Below are positions 13,450 to 29,696 of a stretch of DNA of 64,000 nt, piece by piece (position 1 is the stretch's first letter; every line of letters begins with the position of its first letter). Location of the stretch: positions 201,996,001 to 202,060,000 of the forward strand of contig OZ024742.1 in the NCBI GenBank assembly GCA_964016885.1, read 5' to 3'. The DNA comes from Eledone cirrhosa. Lineage: Eukaryota. Below the pieces are notes generated by a model. That model ran no database searches. It saw only the letters and a list, made by a program, of their open reading frames with translations, and was not told the DNA's origin. The translations under genes and the position numbers were made by a program.

Positions 13450-16197
13450 ATAAAATTGAAAAAGTGAAGAATAACATGGTCAACAGTACAAAAAAAGGGA
13501 TTTACAGTCTAACAATTATTTCACTGATTAAGTTGTCTAAAAATTGCTGAACACTAGAAGCAGTGCCACTCAATTTTAAATACGATGTTAGCTTAAATAG
13601 ATCACCAGAGACAACTACAAAATGTCCGGTAAATTTACAAATTCAAATTACAGCATCATTAATAATATTAATAATAAAGATAGAGAGATAAAAAAAGAAA
13701 GAGATAAAAGAAAGAAAGAAAAAGAAAAAGAAAAAGAAAAAGAAAAAGAAAAAGAAAAAGAAAAAGAAAAAGAAAAAGAAAAAGAAGGAGGATAGAAAGA
13801 GGAGAGAAAAGGATAAAGGAGACTTAAAGGTAGAGAAAAATAAAAATAGAGGGAAAATAATGATATCAACAATAAATGAATAAATGAATAAGGAATTTGA
13901 TAACTTACAAGGAGGAATTTATAGATACGATACATTACTTTTAGCTAAAAACCTAAATAATCAAAACTTAGAAACATTACGGAAAAAGATTAGAAAATTC
14001 TTTAATAAATAAGGCCTTAACATCACTTTTGAACTCAATTCTAAAAAGGCTAATTTCTTAGATGTATCGCTTAACCTAAACACCGGACAAATAGAACCCT
14101 TCCATAAAAATAATGAAAATTTAGCTTACATTAATTATAACTCTAATCACACTCGATCCATAATTAACTCCAGAGCACATAGTATATCCCTTAGTATCTC
14201 GCGCCTACCTTCTAATCTAGAGAATTTTAACGAACACGCCAACTACTACAACATAGCTTTACTTAAGGTAGGCCATAAAGAGTGACGCAAATACATACCA
14301 GATACAAACAATAACAACACACTTAATAGAAATAACACTATCCACACCTATAGAAGCAGCAAATCTAGGACTAAACATAGAAATTGGCAACAAGCACGAG
14401 AATTAATTGAACAGAATACTAATAAAAAGACCACTAGTAACTATAGAATATGCAGAAATAGAAAGAATTTATGGTTCAATCCAGTATTTAACTCCGATAT
14501 TAAAACAAAACTACCTTACACTTTCTTCAAATTGGTTGACAAACACTTCCGTAAAATTCATAAATATCATAAAATCTTTAATCGAAAAACTATCAAACTA
14601 TCATACTCCACTGCCAACAACATAGAATCGCACATACATAAAATTAACTATAAGAGAATTTATAATACAAGTAGCCCGCAAATAAGTACCATAACACCAA
14701 ACACAAAACACAAGCATATAACAGAACACATCACCACAATACATCAACAAACCCAATTCTCAACCCATACATAACAACATACAAAACCATATAGTAGAAC
14801 CGGCACATAGAAAAAAATCTAAATGTAACTGTCATCTACCTGAGAAATTCCCATTATAAAATAGATGCCTGGAGTCAAATATAGTATACCTACGTACTAT
14901 AAATTCAGGCAGCTTAGCATGGTACTACATAGGGTCCACAGCTGGAGAGTTTAAGAAAATGTGGTATATCCATAGACACACTATGAATAACAGGAAGCTC
15001 ATGAATAAAATCTGGCAACTCAGAGATGCAAACATGGAATATAAAATCAGCTGGACGAAGCTATCAACATCAATAGCCTATAGAATTGGCATGTCCCAGT
15101 GTGGTCTTTGTAATATGGAGCTTTTTCAAATTTTAAATTACAACAAAATGCTACCTAACATTAAAATTGAAAGAACTATTTTCTGTAGACATAAAACGGC
15201 GACCAAATCTGAGAAATTTAGACCAGCTTAATTCATCTAATCTATTCAGTAACCCACATTGTACCACTTAGATCTATTATAATATCCCATTATCATCATT
15301 ATTGTTATAATTGTCATCATCTATCAATGAAGCAACATCACAACCTCTTATATTTTACATTCATATTTTATATATCTTTATGTTTCACTTTCTATCTTTA
15401 CTATTTCTCTCCCTAAATTTATTTTATCTCTGGCATTTTATCTTATTTTATCTTATCATATCATTTTCACTTCTAATATAACTTACAACTAATTAATCAA
15501 ATAATTAATTAATTATATAATTAATTTATTAAAATAACCAATACACACATAAAATATATTTAACATTATCATGATTATACCTTCGTATCTCTCTATATTT
15601 TAACCACTCTCAATAACCACTCTCAATAATCTTAATATGTTTAAATTTCTTCGCATATTTTTAATTATTTATTTTCATATTTTGCATTATTTTGTATTAT
15701 CCTCGATGTAACTTGATTATTTATTTATTTACATTTATTCATGTATTAACATTTATTCATTTATTGTTGATATTATTATTTTTCATTTTCTCTACCTTTA
15801 TTTCTCCTTTATCCTTTACTCTTCTCTTTCTATCCTCCTTTCTCTGTGTCTTTTTTTCTCTCTATATATTTCTCTGTTTTCCTTTCTCCTTTTTCTTTTT
15901 CTTTTTCTTTTTCTTTTTCTTTTTCTTTTTCTTTTTCCTTTTCTTTCTTTCTTTTGTCTATCTTTATTATTAATATTAGTAATGATGCTGTAATTTGAAT
16001 TTGTAAATTTACCGGATATTTTGTAGTTGTCTCTGATGATCTGATTAAGCTAACATCATCGTATTTAAAATTGAGTGGCACTGCTTCTAGTGTTCACCAA
16101 TTTTAAGACAACTTAATCAGTGAAACAATTGTTTGACTGTAAATAAATCCCCTTTTTTGTACTGTTGATCATGTTATTCTTCACTTTTTCAATTTTA
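13450..16197 (+). mobile_element. Degraded 5'-truncated Penelope-like element with about 470-bp inverted terminal arms
   Basis: Fragments NFLDVSLNL..PFHKNN..YINYNSNH (RT thumb), RNRKNLWFNP..HKIFNRKTIKLSYS, and CLESNIVY..YYIGST (GIY-YIG); 13450-13915 is the reverse complement of about 15699-16197. Confidence 0.85.
16029..16137 (+). ncRNA. Type I hammerhead ribozyme motif in Penelope terminal repeat
   Basis: GTCT-CTGATGA-T-CTGATTAAG...CTTAATCAG-T-GAAA-CAATTG-TT/TGAC; palindromic stem III ACAATTGT; one stem I mismatch that is intact (AGAC) in the inverted arm. Confidence 0.7.
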
Positions 16198-16279
16198 TAT
16201 ATATATACTAAGAAATATTGCAAAACTATTTTACTCAATTTCTTTAGACTTGAGCCACTTCTATCAAAGTTATATATGC

Positions 16280-16311
<32 letters not shown>

Positions 16312-16586
16312 ATATTAGAAAAGGGAAGTAAGGATTCTATACAAAACAGTGATAATATTAAGATAATATTAAAAAATGAGAAGTACAGTTCTTTTTGAAA
16401 AAGAAAATGTATGATGTATATGAAGTATATGAAAAATTGCCGGTTTTTAATAATATAATGTTTTCAATAATGTCAGTTTGACGAATCAAAAAAAAGAAAA
16501 ACAGACCCTTAAATATATTTCCAGTGCTATTTCCAATTTCAACTTTTCTCCCTCTCTCTCTCTATATATATACATATGTATGTATG

Positions 16587-16695
<109 letters not shown>

Positions 16696-16774
16696 AGAAA
16701 AGATAGGTTTATAGATAGATACATAGATAGATAGATAAATAGATAGATAGATAGATGGATAGATATATATATAT

Positions 16775-16849
<75 letters not shown>

Positions 16850-17313
16850 TTCAAGTTTTGTTTTAATTGAAACACGATGCAAAGATTAAAATGAAACTGC
16901 AATAGAATATAAGCAGCATGCTGTTATAATAGTTAATCACAATTTCTTCCGGTATAAGACGTACTTTATAATACCGAAAATTTGACATCAAAATCTCTCT
17001 GTTCCCCACATTCCTACGATATGAATACAACACTAATCATTATTGAGTATAAAAAAGCAATGATTAACTGGAGATAAATACTGACGATGCTCCCTATTTT
17101 TTTAAGAGTAGGATTGCGTCTTAAATTGCATGAAAATGCGGTATTATTTTGTTAGATACATGCCTAGAGAAAGGAGAGAAGTGAGATAGATATATAATAG
17201 AGAGAGAGAGAAAGAGAGAGAGAAAGAGAGAGACAAACAAGAGACAGGAAGAGAGAGGGAGAGAGAATGAGAGGGAGGGAGAGAGAAAGAGAAAGAGAGA
17301 GAGAGAGAGAGAG

Positions 17314-17388
<75 letters not shown>

Positions 17389-17547
17389 GCGAACGAAAGA
17401 AAGAGATTGTAAAGTTAGATGAAAGTGAAATTTGATAGAAAGAGATAATGAGACAATATAGTTAAAAATGTAGTCCACCATTAAAAACCTAATACTTGAA
17501 GTATATACATATATGTATGTATGTTTGTATATATATATATATATATG

Positions 17548-18168
<621 letters not shown>

Positions 18169-18399
18169 TTGCAAGGTTTTTGATATGAAATCGTGTGTCG
18201 AAACAAATATTGTTATACTCCGGGAGGGTCATATTGTTATAATATTGCCAGATATAATAACAGAACACACTCCCTGTTTGGTTTGGGTTGGTTTTCGTTT
18301 CTTTATCCTTTATATCTCCATAGTTAATTTATTTGGCAATCAATGTTTCTCATTGATTGACCAACAGTTGAAAATACAGATATAAGAATATATATATAT

Positions 18400-18790
18400 A
18401 GAGACTATCAAAGTTCTTTGGTCACAAATCTGCGACATCACCAGTGGTACTATTATATTTCCTCCCATTGTATTGTAAATTCTAGGCATATACTATACAA
18501 TACAACTGAGCATCGAAAACACTACCCAGAAAGGAGAACTGGTCAACATCATCCGATGCTTCCGAAGTCGCAGGTATTTTTTCAGAGTTCCCTCTCCTAG
18601 AAAGGGGTTGTGACAACATCAGGGAGCCTTTCACTCCAAGGAGAAGGAAAAAGAGACAAGAAAAAGTACTATTTGGATGGCCGTTGACTCTGCTAAGTTC
18701 TTCCGCCCTTTGCCGGGTCTTCTATTTCATCCCGCATGGTGTCCAAATATCACCCTCCTCAAGCTGGGCTGTACTGGGTTACATGTATAC
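18400..18790 (-). mobile_element. Diverged relative of the 17548-18058 repeat, inverted orientation
   Basis: Ungapped 76-nt alignment (18672-18747 rc vs 17624-17699) and shared downstream ctaggagagggaactc..cctgc..gatgttgac..gttct. Confidence 0.55.
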
Positions 18791-18794
18791 CAAC

Positions 18795-18871
<77 letters not shown>

Positions 18872-18909
18872 TATACATATACATACATAAATACATACAT
18901 ATGTGTGTG

Positions 18910-19025
<116 letters not shown>

Positions 19026-19358
19026 CAAAAGACACACTCGTTCATACACAAACATATATATATATGTGTGTGTTTGTGTATGTGTAGGCAAAAACGCAAT
19101 TTTCATACAAATCAAAGATTATAGGGAAAAATGTAAAGCGGAAATGTACAAAAGTATATTTGAAGAATCCCCTTTTCCTTACTCCAAACAAAAGCAAATA
19201 TTTCGATATATGTTGCAGTAAATAAATTTAATGAGTATCGAATTTAAAAGCAAGTATAACACTTCATGAGTTTGCCTGTCGTACTTGCGTATTAGCCATG
19301 TGTAAATCTTCCATCCTTCCCTCCTTCGTTCCACTCATAAAATATGTACTGCTTATGT

Positions 19359-19441
<83 letters not shown>

Positions 19442-19442
19442 G

Positions 19443-19486
<44 letters not shown>

Positions 19487-19599
19487 CATAATTATATATA
19501 TGGCGGAGTTTTGTGTAAGTGCACGTGTGTGGCTATGTACGTGAATCCCTTTATTTCTGTGCTTGTAACTCCAGGCCTCATTCTATCTTGCTATCCCTT

Positions 19600-19640
<41 letters not shown>

Positions 19641-20775
19641 AAGAGAGAGACAGAGAGAGATAGAGGGGGGATAGAGAGAGGGAGAAATTAAACCAAATGA
19701 GAAAAGAATATTGGAATTATTGTATTTAAAAGTTTATTCTAAATAATTTCTGTCCACTCTTCCCCTGTTTCATCTCTCCATCCCTTCCTCTCTTCCCCTC
19801 TCTCTTTCTCTCTCTCTCTCTGTCGCTTTCTCTGTCTTTCTGTCTCTCTCTCTCCCCCTCTCTCTCTCCCTCTTGCCTACTTCTCTACTTTTCTTAATTA
19901 TTTTAAGAATCCTGAGGTTTTGATGCCAAAAATTACAAACATTCACATCATTGTTTCATTGTTTCATAGGTTTTGATTAGGTCTTCGATGTCAGCTTGAA
20001 ACATATAAGCAGATTGCGTGGAAAACAAGCCTTTTTTTTTTATAAATGAATAGCTAATAAAAATCGCTGTTATTGAGCTGTGAATATTAGGGCAACAAAG
20101 CTACGATAATATATTTAGGTTGAAACATCCATTATCAAAAGGAACATTTTAAGACCTTTCCTCGAGAGTTGTATTATAATTCTACATTTAAATAGTGAAA
20201 GAAGAATATAAATATACGTTTAAGTAATAAATAATACTATAGCGAAAATTAATATAATGTATGTATAACGACAGTATATAAGCATCGTCGTGAATGAATA
20301 TCCACACGTGAAAAATATTCATGCATTTTTTCGTATAGAGAGTAGACTTGTAAAGCCATTCTCTTATGATATTCCTAAAAATACAATAGCAGAATGTTTT
20401 TTCACATTTATTTTACATTTTTATATATATGCAGTGTTGTGTTTTTATTTTTTTTTTTTAAACAAATACGCATACATATATATGTATTTGTTGCCTTCAT
20501 TGATAAGTATTTTCCGCTTGCTTCTGTTTACATATGTCAAGCAGATAATTTACGACCAGTTCTTAGTTGAACTATTTTGTTTCATAATGGAGTTGATGTA
20601 TTTTGGCTTATATGTGTCTGTGAGCCTGCCTGTGTGTCTGTTTGTTTGTCTGACTGTAGTTCTGTGTGTCTGGATATTTGTCTTAGCTGATGGTGTTTAC
20701 AGCAAACAAATTTTACTGGTGGGATTATTGATATTCGTGGGTTTATGGATATCTATCTATCTATCTATCTATCTA

Positions 20776-21874
20776 ACACGCGCTCAGGCTGCGGCATCTC
20801 TACGTATTCCTCACCGGACAACCGGTGTGGGCCCCGTTCGTGAGGCGAGCCTTCCCACGACTCGTCTCGCTGACCGAGCTGCAGTCCTGGGTCAAGCAGA
20901 GACCGAGGAAAATGGGCGACTGGCACATCGAATGTGCTCAGGCGCTCACAGCCCTCTGGCAGGCGGACCCGGCGATCAGTGGAGACTCCACTTCGTCATT
21001 CTATAGAGGGTTGGTCCGCAGCAAGTGCGACGACGCGCTCGGTGAAACTCTAGGCGTGGAGGAAGATGAACTGGCCAGTCTGTTCGGTAGGACCTTCCGC
21101 CCGGGACCGATGGACAACTTCCAAAAGTCCCTGGCCTGGCAGTGCTACCGAGGAGCTCTACCAGTTCGAGACAAGCTCTACAGACATGGGCGCCCGGGCA
21201 GGGACCCTGCAAAAAAGATCTGTCCGAGGTGCGTGCGAGACGAAGAAACCGTCGCGCACGCATTCATACACTGCCCGGGCGTCACTGACCTGTGGGGCTA
21301 TGTAGAACGACTATTGTCGCGGGTGGGACCAATCCAGTTGACCACCGAGTCCATTGTCATGATCAAACCGCCACCCTCCTTCAAAAACGAAGGAGAGGCG
21401 GTTTTCCTTTGTGTGATAGCTATGGCGAAAGAGGTTGTATGGTGGACAAGGTTGAAAGGGCTGAGGTCAGACACCTTTCTCTCCGGCCAACAACTGATTC
21501 TTTTTTTCAAATACCACTTTGGAAGAAGAATCAGGATGGAGAGAGAGGTGCTGTACCCCAGCAAGTTTTATGAAAGGTGGGTGAAAGTGGCGAGAATGGC
21601 CCGAGTGAATGGGCCTTCTCTCTATATCAGCCTGTAGGTTGAGGAAAAGGAGGAGGAGAGGAAAGGAGTACAAGCTCTTCGTACTCCTGGAGATGAGGGT
21701 TGCACATTTTTTTCGGGGGTCTGTGTTACCCATATAAACTGTCTCCCTCTATTGGGGAAAATCGACTAACTTTTAAATTCCATCTGTGATAACATTTTAC
21801 ACGTTTTTATTGTATGTAAACTTCCCCCTTTGTATTTGTCCCCTTCTTTTGTGCCCCTGTGGCTAATAAAGAAA
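20776..21874 (+). mobile_element. 5'-truncated Tx1/L1-clade LINE (ORF2 C-terminus + 3' UTR) in (TATC)n
   Basis: ORF 20825-21637 with AWQCYRGALPV and CPRC..ETVAHAFIHC zinc finger; ends gtggctaataaagaaa; TATC repeats on both sides. Confidence 0.9.
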
Positions 21875-21876
21875 TA

Positions 21877-21909
<33 letters not shown>

Positions 21910-21912
21910 GTG

Positions 21913-22015
<103 letters not shown>

Positions 22016-22272
22016 ATGCGTGCGTATGTATGTATATATATATGTATTTACAAACAGAGAGATATGTACTTTCAGTGTCAAAAATATCGCCATCAGTTTT
22101 CTCGTAAAAAAAATGTTTTTTTTTCATATTGCTAAGCAATTTATGCATTAAGAAAATGTTATTTAAGAAAAAAAGTGGCAGACTAAGTAATGTTTAACCT
22201 GATGGCAAGTATATTGGTTTGCTTGTTTATTTTGTTCGTAAAATGCTGTTGTTTTTTGTTGTTGTTGCTACT

Positions 22273-22404
22273 TTCTTCTTCTTCTTCTTCTTCTTCTTCT
22301 TCTTCTTCTTCTTCTTCTTCTTCTTCTTCTTCTTCTTCTTCTTCTTCTTCTTCTTCTTCTTCTTCTTCTTCTTCTTCTTCTTCTTCTTCTTCTTCTTCTT
22401 CTTC
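22273..22404. repeat. (TTC)n microsatellite
   Basis: Perfect TTC run. Confidence 0.95.
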
Positions 22405-22902
22405 CAGCAGAAGATGTCGAATACCTGGTGAAATGGAATGCTTCTTTATTTAACCCTTTAGCATTTAAACCGGCTGTATTCGGCAAAAATTCCCTCACTT
22501 CTTTCTCTTTAAACCAGCTTTTACTGGTCACTCATACTGATGTCAATGTATTGTTCTCAAAATAAATGATATAAAAATCTCATAGATTCGATATTATGTG
22601 AGATAATTATATAAGTTAAAGCCTTTACTGGGAAAATACAATAGTAAATATAGAGTAATTTTTGGAATTATATAGTTTTAATCACATTTCTCTTTACTGC
22701 AATGAAAAATCTGCTAACGTTTGTCTTAACTGAAGATAGTTTTAAATAACTCATCACTTTTTCTATTTGCGATGTGTCTAGAATAAATAAATTAAACCCC
22801 AAAACGAAACCTGTTTCCATTGAGCAACTGTAAGTATCTATAATTGAATCTATGTATATATACATTAATATATATATATAGAAGTGTGTGTGTCGGTGGG
22901 TG

Positions 22903-23021
<119 letters not shown>

Positions 23022-23599
23022 CCACACATACACACACACACTCATATATATATATATTCGAATATTTCTTATTTCGGTCTATTCAAAGGATTTGTATAAT
23101 CCAATCCTATAGTTAGTAAATAATCCGATTAAATCATTGACTAATAACATAAAATTGTTATTATTTTCATTATTATTATGCCTAAAATTCTAATCCTCAG
23201 AGAAATCATGACTGTTTCACTCGGGTTCGTGTTTGGGGATTCTCTTAAATAGAATTCTGTGAAGAATAAAATGCATGTAAAGTAGGAATTAACTTAACCC
23301 TACAAACAGTAAACAACCCAATACAGTTTCATGTATACATATATATACAAACATATGTATATATATATATACATATATAGGTATAAATACACACACATTC
23401 TCACGCACACACACATATATATATATATATGTTTATATATGTGTGTGTGCAAGTGCATATATGTGCATTTATATATATATATGCAAGTGCATATATGTGA
23501 AAAGGTTCGGAGGCTGAAGTGCATTTGGGGTCTTTGAACATTTACTCATTTATATATAACTATATACGCATACACATATATATGTATATACATATATAC

Positions 23600-23677
<78 letters not shown>

Positions 23678-24014
23678 AAACATGAGAAGAAAGAGGAATA
23701 CTGCGTGGTTGCACATGGGTTACATATTATAAAATTAGTCCCTCGTCAGTGATTTGCCAACCATCACTGGTATTTCATCGCATTATATATATAATGCGAT
23801 GAAATACATATACATATGTATATATATATATACATATGTATATATATATATATATAATATATATATATATGTTTATATACATATGTATATGTATACATAT
23901 ATATATATACCACCCCGCTATCAAGAGCGTGAAACTAATAAACCTTTGTTCGTACTGCCTCTCTGTTTTGTTCCCGTTCAATTTTATACGTATATATATA
24001 TATATATATATACG

Positions 24015-24054
<40 letters not shown>

Positions 24055-24099
24055 CATATATACATATGTATATATATATACATATGGATATATGTATAC

Positions 24100-24145
<46 letters not shown>

Positions 24146-24171
24146 ATATATATATACATATATATATGTAT

Positions 24172-24205
<34 letters not shown>

Positions 24206-24903
24206 TTGCATATATATATACATATGTACATACATATATACATATAAATATATGTGTGTGGGTGTAGGTGGGTGTGTGTGTGGGGGGGGGGGTGTACAGA
24301 ATTGTAAAAATTAAAGAAATACCTATGTTAAAAGTAGAAAAATAGTACAGAGTATGTCTGAGTGTAATCAGAGGTCCATCTGAGAATTTTAACATCTGGC
24401 AGCTTTTGTATCTCCCATACTTTCTTTTAAAGAGCGAACTGTCGTATAGAATTGCTTTGAAATTGGAAATAAAATTGAGAATCCTCAATTGAAGAACTGA
24501 AGTTCTATTAATCTTATTTTATCTTATGCCATTTTTTCTTTCGCTTTTAATGCTGGGAAGAGGTTTTAAAGTTTCTATACAATTTAATCACTAAATCTGT
24601 CAATGTGACATTTTTTCCCTGTCTTTAGGTCGTTGCAAATCTACTGTTATATATATAAGTATATATCTATATAATTGTATATCACTCAATACTGTAAGCA
24701 TGCATACATGCACGTATGCAAGTGCGCATGTATGTATGTATATGTGCATATGTGTATGTATGTGTATATGTATGTATGCCTGTATGTATATATGAATGTA
24801 TGTATGCTTGTATGCATGAGTGTATGTAGATCTGTAAGCATGCATTTATATATGTATGAATGTATGAAAGCAGGCATGTTCGCATGTGTTCATGTATGCA
24901 TAG

Positions 24904-25006
<103 letters not shown>

Positions 25007-25883
25007 TATATGTATGTTTCCGATAAACCTCTTGTGTTGCTGTCTTCTATGCACAGAAGATGGATGTATTGAAGAATTGGCCTTTAAACTCTATTCGCTC
25101 TGAAATCAAATGTTAATTTTACTCTGTAACTAAATGTTTTCTTACATTATTTTTCACTGGGAATATAGATTTCTTTTCAAATTTCTTATCATTTTAATGT
25201 TGTCATTTTTCAGAAAGCTCTAACTGATTTAGACGTGTTTCTCTGCGCAGTGGAATCAAGATAATACCAGTAGGATTAACTCCAGTCTTTTATGGTTGCC
25301 ATTTATTCTGAGTCCTGAAGGTAAGGTTTGAACTCAGACTGCACAAGACATGAAAAGGATGCCCACAATATTCTATAATTTCGCTGCTTTCGGATGATTT
25401 CAAACAATAGAATTCAAAATCAACAGAAGTAGACGAGTCACTATAAAACTATTTTTAGACAGTTGGAGCTAAAGACCTGGTGTTTATAAAAGTTTAATTT
25501 AGATTTAAAACTAAACATTTGTGAAAAGTTTTAGTATAATTATTCCAAATTGAGAAAAAAAAATACTTTATTCGGTTCACCAGTTCACATTGAGATAATC
25601 CGGAACTCTATAGGCAGAATAAATCAAACTGAACTTGTATAAAGATAAGAGACTGAAAATATGTAGTGGTGAAAATAAGTTAAATTCACACCACCGGCAT
25701 GACGTGTTCATTTTCAAACAACGTTAAGCAAATCATAATTAAATTTTCTTTTGTCCATTCATATATACAGTTTCAATAAACTTCGGTTATACAATATTTG
25801 TGAGCTTACAATAGATTTACGTACATACATGTAAAGACACACATGCACACGGAGACGTAAGTCCAATAATATATATATACATT

Positions 25884-25955
<72 letters not shown>

Positions 25956-26402
25956 TATTTATATATATTATATATATTTATATAAGCCATCGGGGTCCTG
26001 AATCTTTTCCAATATATATATTTGGTTTTGTGTGTGTGTGTGTGTGTGTGCATTTACATACATTCATACACACATGGATATATACACATACATATATACA
26101 GACTGGCATACATGACTACATACATATATATTTATGTGTTTTTGTCAGAAACATGATTGAGTGAATTTTTTTTATTGGATATATTAAAGTATTTATTAAA
26201 TACCATCAACTAACTTCTTAATGTCTGATTGAATACTATCTGTAAGCTTTTGGCAGCATAAAAATAAATTAACATCGACTGTTGGAAAATAAATATATTG
26301 TTTATCCCCTCATACTCACAGAATATTAATGATCTTTCTATTTGCACTTACGTTTCAACTAAAGTATTTGAATGTGCCAACATATTGATATTTTTCCAAA
26401 TA

Positions 26403-26591
<189 letters not shown>

Positions 26592-26597
26592 ATGTGT

Positions 26598-26663
<66 letters not shown>

Positions 26664-27110
26664 ATGTATGCATATATATAGGTTTATTTGTCATAGCATT
26701 GAAGGTGATACATGAAATATAGATAATAAGCGAATTTAAAGAATGCGTCTGGGTTGTGATCAGTAATCGATATATTATTGATCAATTACTTTAATGTGTA
26801 TTGAAATTAGTTTGCAGTTCTGATGCATATATTGTTTCATTGGAAAATAGATACTTCTTGAAATTTAATATATATCTCCTCTGCCTTAGAGTAATAAACA
26901 TTATATATATATATATCTAATATATAATATATATATACAATTATTATTATCCCTGTGCTAGGAGAAAAAAAATACTGGATCATCGGTAAGGATGGAAAGT
27001 TTGGGTCCTACTGCCTTCATGGTAGTGTCGGCCAATGGGCTTGGGTAGCTCTATGCCTTGGATATCTCTACGAAGTTATTTCTACTACTATATATAGTAG
27101 AAATAATTTC

Positions 27111-27152
<42 letters not shown>

Positions 27153-27162
<10 letters not shown>

Positions 27163-27341
27163 TAGAAGTTTACATACACATAAACTAGACAGAGCCATAT
27201 ATATATATATGTGTTGGTAACCAACATGATTATTTAATTAATTAATTCGTCATTGAGCCATACCGTGAATGGTTGCCAAAAACATATATCTATATCTGAC
27301 TCTGTCTAGTTTATGTGTATGTAAATTCTAAATTTTATATA
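27153..27341. repeat. Short inverted repeat (about 50-bp arms) next to (TA)n
   Basis: tataaaatttagaagtttacatacacataaactagacagag ... ctctgtctagtttatgtgtatgtaaattctaaattttata. Confidence 0.8.
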
Positions 27342-27907
27342 CTCCCGTAAGGTTGAGTAAAACTTTAGGCAGTATTCGGCTGAGCTTTCTAGCAACCAGC
27401 CTACTCGCCGACAGGCACCATTCACAAGCTTTCTGACTTGACCACTAGCCACGTGACAATTCTTAGTCATTTTAAATTCGTTTCTGGCGGGGATCATTTA
27501 AGAAAAATCTTTGTCCAATTGAGTTTGTCTCCTCATGATTTCGAAACTCGTTGATTTTTCCAAGATCGGGTATTTCCAAAAAGCGAATGAAACCTTAGGT
27601 GGTGGAGATATATTTGATGATGTTGGTATGTTTATGTACACTTTTTCTTCTAACTTTGATTTTGTACCTAATTATGTATGGTTAACTGTATATTTAGTCA
27701 ATTTCTACAGGCTATCAGAAATACTAGGTAGATTTTCTGTAGCTGTAAATCGCAGATAAAAAGCTATCATTTATTTATCTTTTATTTTTTCATAAGTATA
27801 TTTTAAACTTATAGCCTCGTTTAAATGATTTTTTGTATGCTTGGTTATGCTGATTGGGAGAAGAAATACTGTATATATTTTATCTAAGGATTCTATGAAC
27901 TTACTTT

Positions 27908-27983
<76 letters not shown>

Positions 27984-28039
27984 GTATATATACATATATA
28001 TATATATATAATGTATATATATATATATATATATATATA

Positions 28040-28137
<98 letters not shown>

Positions 28138-28512
28138 GAGAGACAGATTTACATGTGATCATATTGAATGTCTGTGTTAAATAATATATATTATTTGTTA
28201 AATAAAGTTTTGGAGGTTTAGTACTACTTAAATTCATTTTGCTTTATATTTCGAGATTTTAACTATAAACTAAACAATTCTCAAATGGAAAACGACAAAC
28301 ATTTTCGACGTAGTCACAACTGACATTTAGAATGATTAATATTCCGAATGAGGAAAACGCTTAAATCTTCCCGTGAGGTTGAGCTTATATAGAATATGAG
28401 AATATTATTTACATTCCGAGGGTTTCTATTTTAAAAATGGTAATAATACAAACAGAAAACCTAAATAGAAATAAGTTTTGGGTTGGCATCCACACTAACA
28501 TACACACACACG

Positions 28513-28543
<31 letters not shown>

Positions 28544-28905
28544 TTAAAACAGGATATAACAAGTTTAGAGACTTGTTGGACCATAATTCAATTATTCAAT
28601 AGGGTAGACCATACTCGGAATAGTAGAGTATGGCTTCACACAAATATATATATATAAGTTAAGCTTTTATCTTTCTCACTCAACTGTGATCCCTGGTGGA
28701 TCAGTGGTACCGCTGGGAAGGGGCCGAAACTGACAAAGACCATCTCAACGGCCGATGAACCTGGCGTTCTGTGTCATTCGTTTGTATATTTGTTTTAAAA
28801 AAACTGATTTTTAAGGTCTCCCTTTATAAAACGTATTTCGTTTTGTCTTAATTTCGTTCGTCCTCTCATTGTTAATTCTCATATATATATAGGAAGGGAA
28901 AATGC

Positions 28906-28984
28906 TTCTCTGATGAGCTTTGGTTTTCCATCATAAATCCATCGGATTTATGAGGTTTTACAAAGCGAAACTGATCAGTAAGGG
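28906..28984 (+). ncRNA. Type I hammerhead ribozyme
   Basis: TTCT-CTGATGA-GCTTTG...CAAAGC-GAAA-CTGATCAG-TA/AGGG; canonical core, G10.1-C11.1, distal stem II hairpin TCATAAATCC/GGATTTATGA, GUA cleavage triplet. Confidence 0.85.
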
Positions 28985-29152
28985 CCACTAGGAGAGGTAA
29001 ATATTTATATTATATTTTTTAATGTATTTTGAAAAATTGATTGAATTTTACTTGTTCTGCTTATCTGCCAGCTGTTCTATCTACCGAATTATTATTATTT
29101 TTATATGAGCCGCCAGTGTCCGCGCATTGCCTGGAGACTCAGCTGAGAATAG

Positions 29153-29234
29153 ACTCCCTGATGACGCAATGAATTCTAGACAGTTGGATTACGTAACTGT
29201 CTTTATCCCATTGCAGAAACTAATTAGTTGGAGT
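29153..29234 (+). ncRNA. Type I hammerhead ribozyme
   Basis: ACTCC-CTGATGA-C-GCAATG...CATTGC-A-GAAA-CTAATTAG-TT/GGAGT; 5-bp stem I, distal AGACAGTT/AACTGTCT, GUU triplet, C-A mismatch at base of stem II. Confidence 0.8.
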
Positions 29235-29431
29235 GAAAATTTAAGTAAGTAAGTAAAAAATTTTTTAAAAATTTTTTAAAAGATATTTTCTTATTTTACG
29301 TCTTTTATATTATTGTTCTGCATCCTCCTGCATTGAACCACCTAGGTACTATGACATAACCTGTGTATTTGCTGGCATGGACGTGCATCTGTGCGCTTAT
29401 GTTAGTTGATATATTAAATTATCTATCTATA

Positions 29432-29470
<39 letters not shown>

Positions 29471-29475
<5 letters not shown>

Positions 29476-29638
29476 AACTCTACATGGACACACTAGAAGA
29501 GGAAGACCAAGGTTAACGTATGTTGATGCCCTAAGGACAGACACTGGTCTGTTGGAGATGCAGGACATGGCAGCGATAATGAGGGACAGAGACCGCTGGA
29601 GAGAACTCGTCCATGGATCTCGGAATTTTACCCGCCTT

Positions 29639-29641
<3 letters not shown>
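29471..29641 (+). mobile_element. 3' fragment of an RTE-clade LINE inserted in (TA)n
   Basis: Translates HGHTRRGRPRLTYVDALRTDTG..MRDRDRWRELV, the typical RTE C-terminal RGRP..DR..WR signature. Confidence 0.8.

Positions 29642-29696
<55 letters not shown>

Noticed and set aside
20290-21006. 238-aa hydrophobic ORF
   Set aside because: AT-rich low-complexity read-through into an off-frame of the Tx1 fragment
27069-27113. loxP-like arms (tacgaagttat...ataatttcgta)
   Set aside because: Wrong arm order and spacer; just another small TA-centred hairpin
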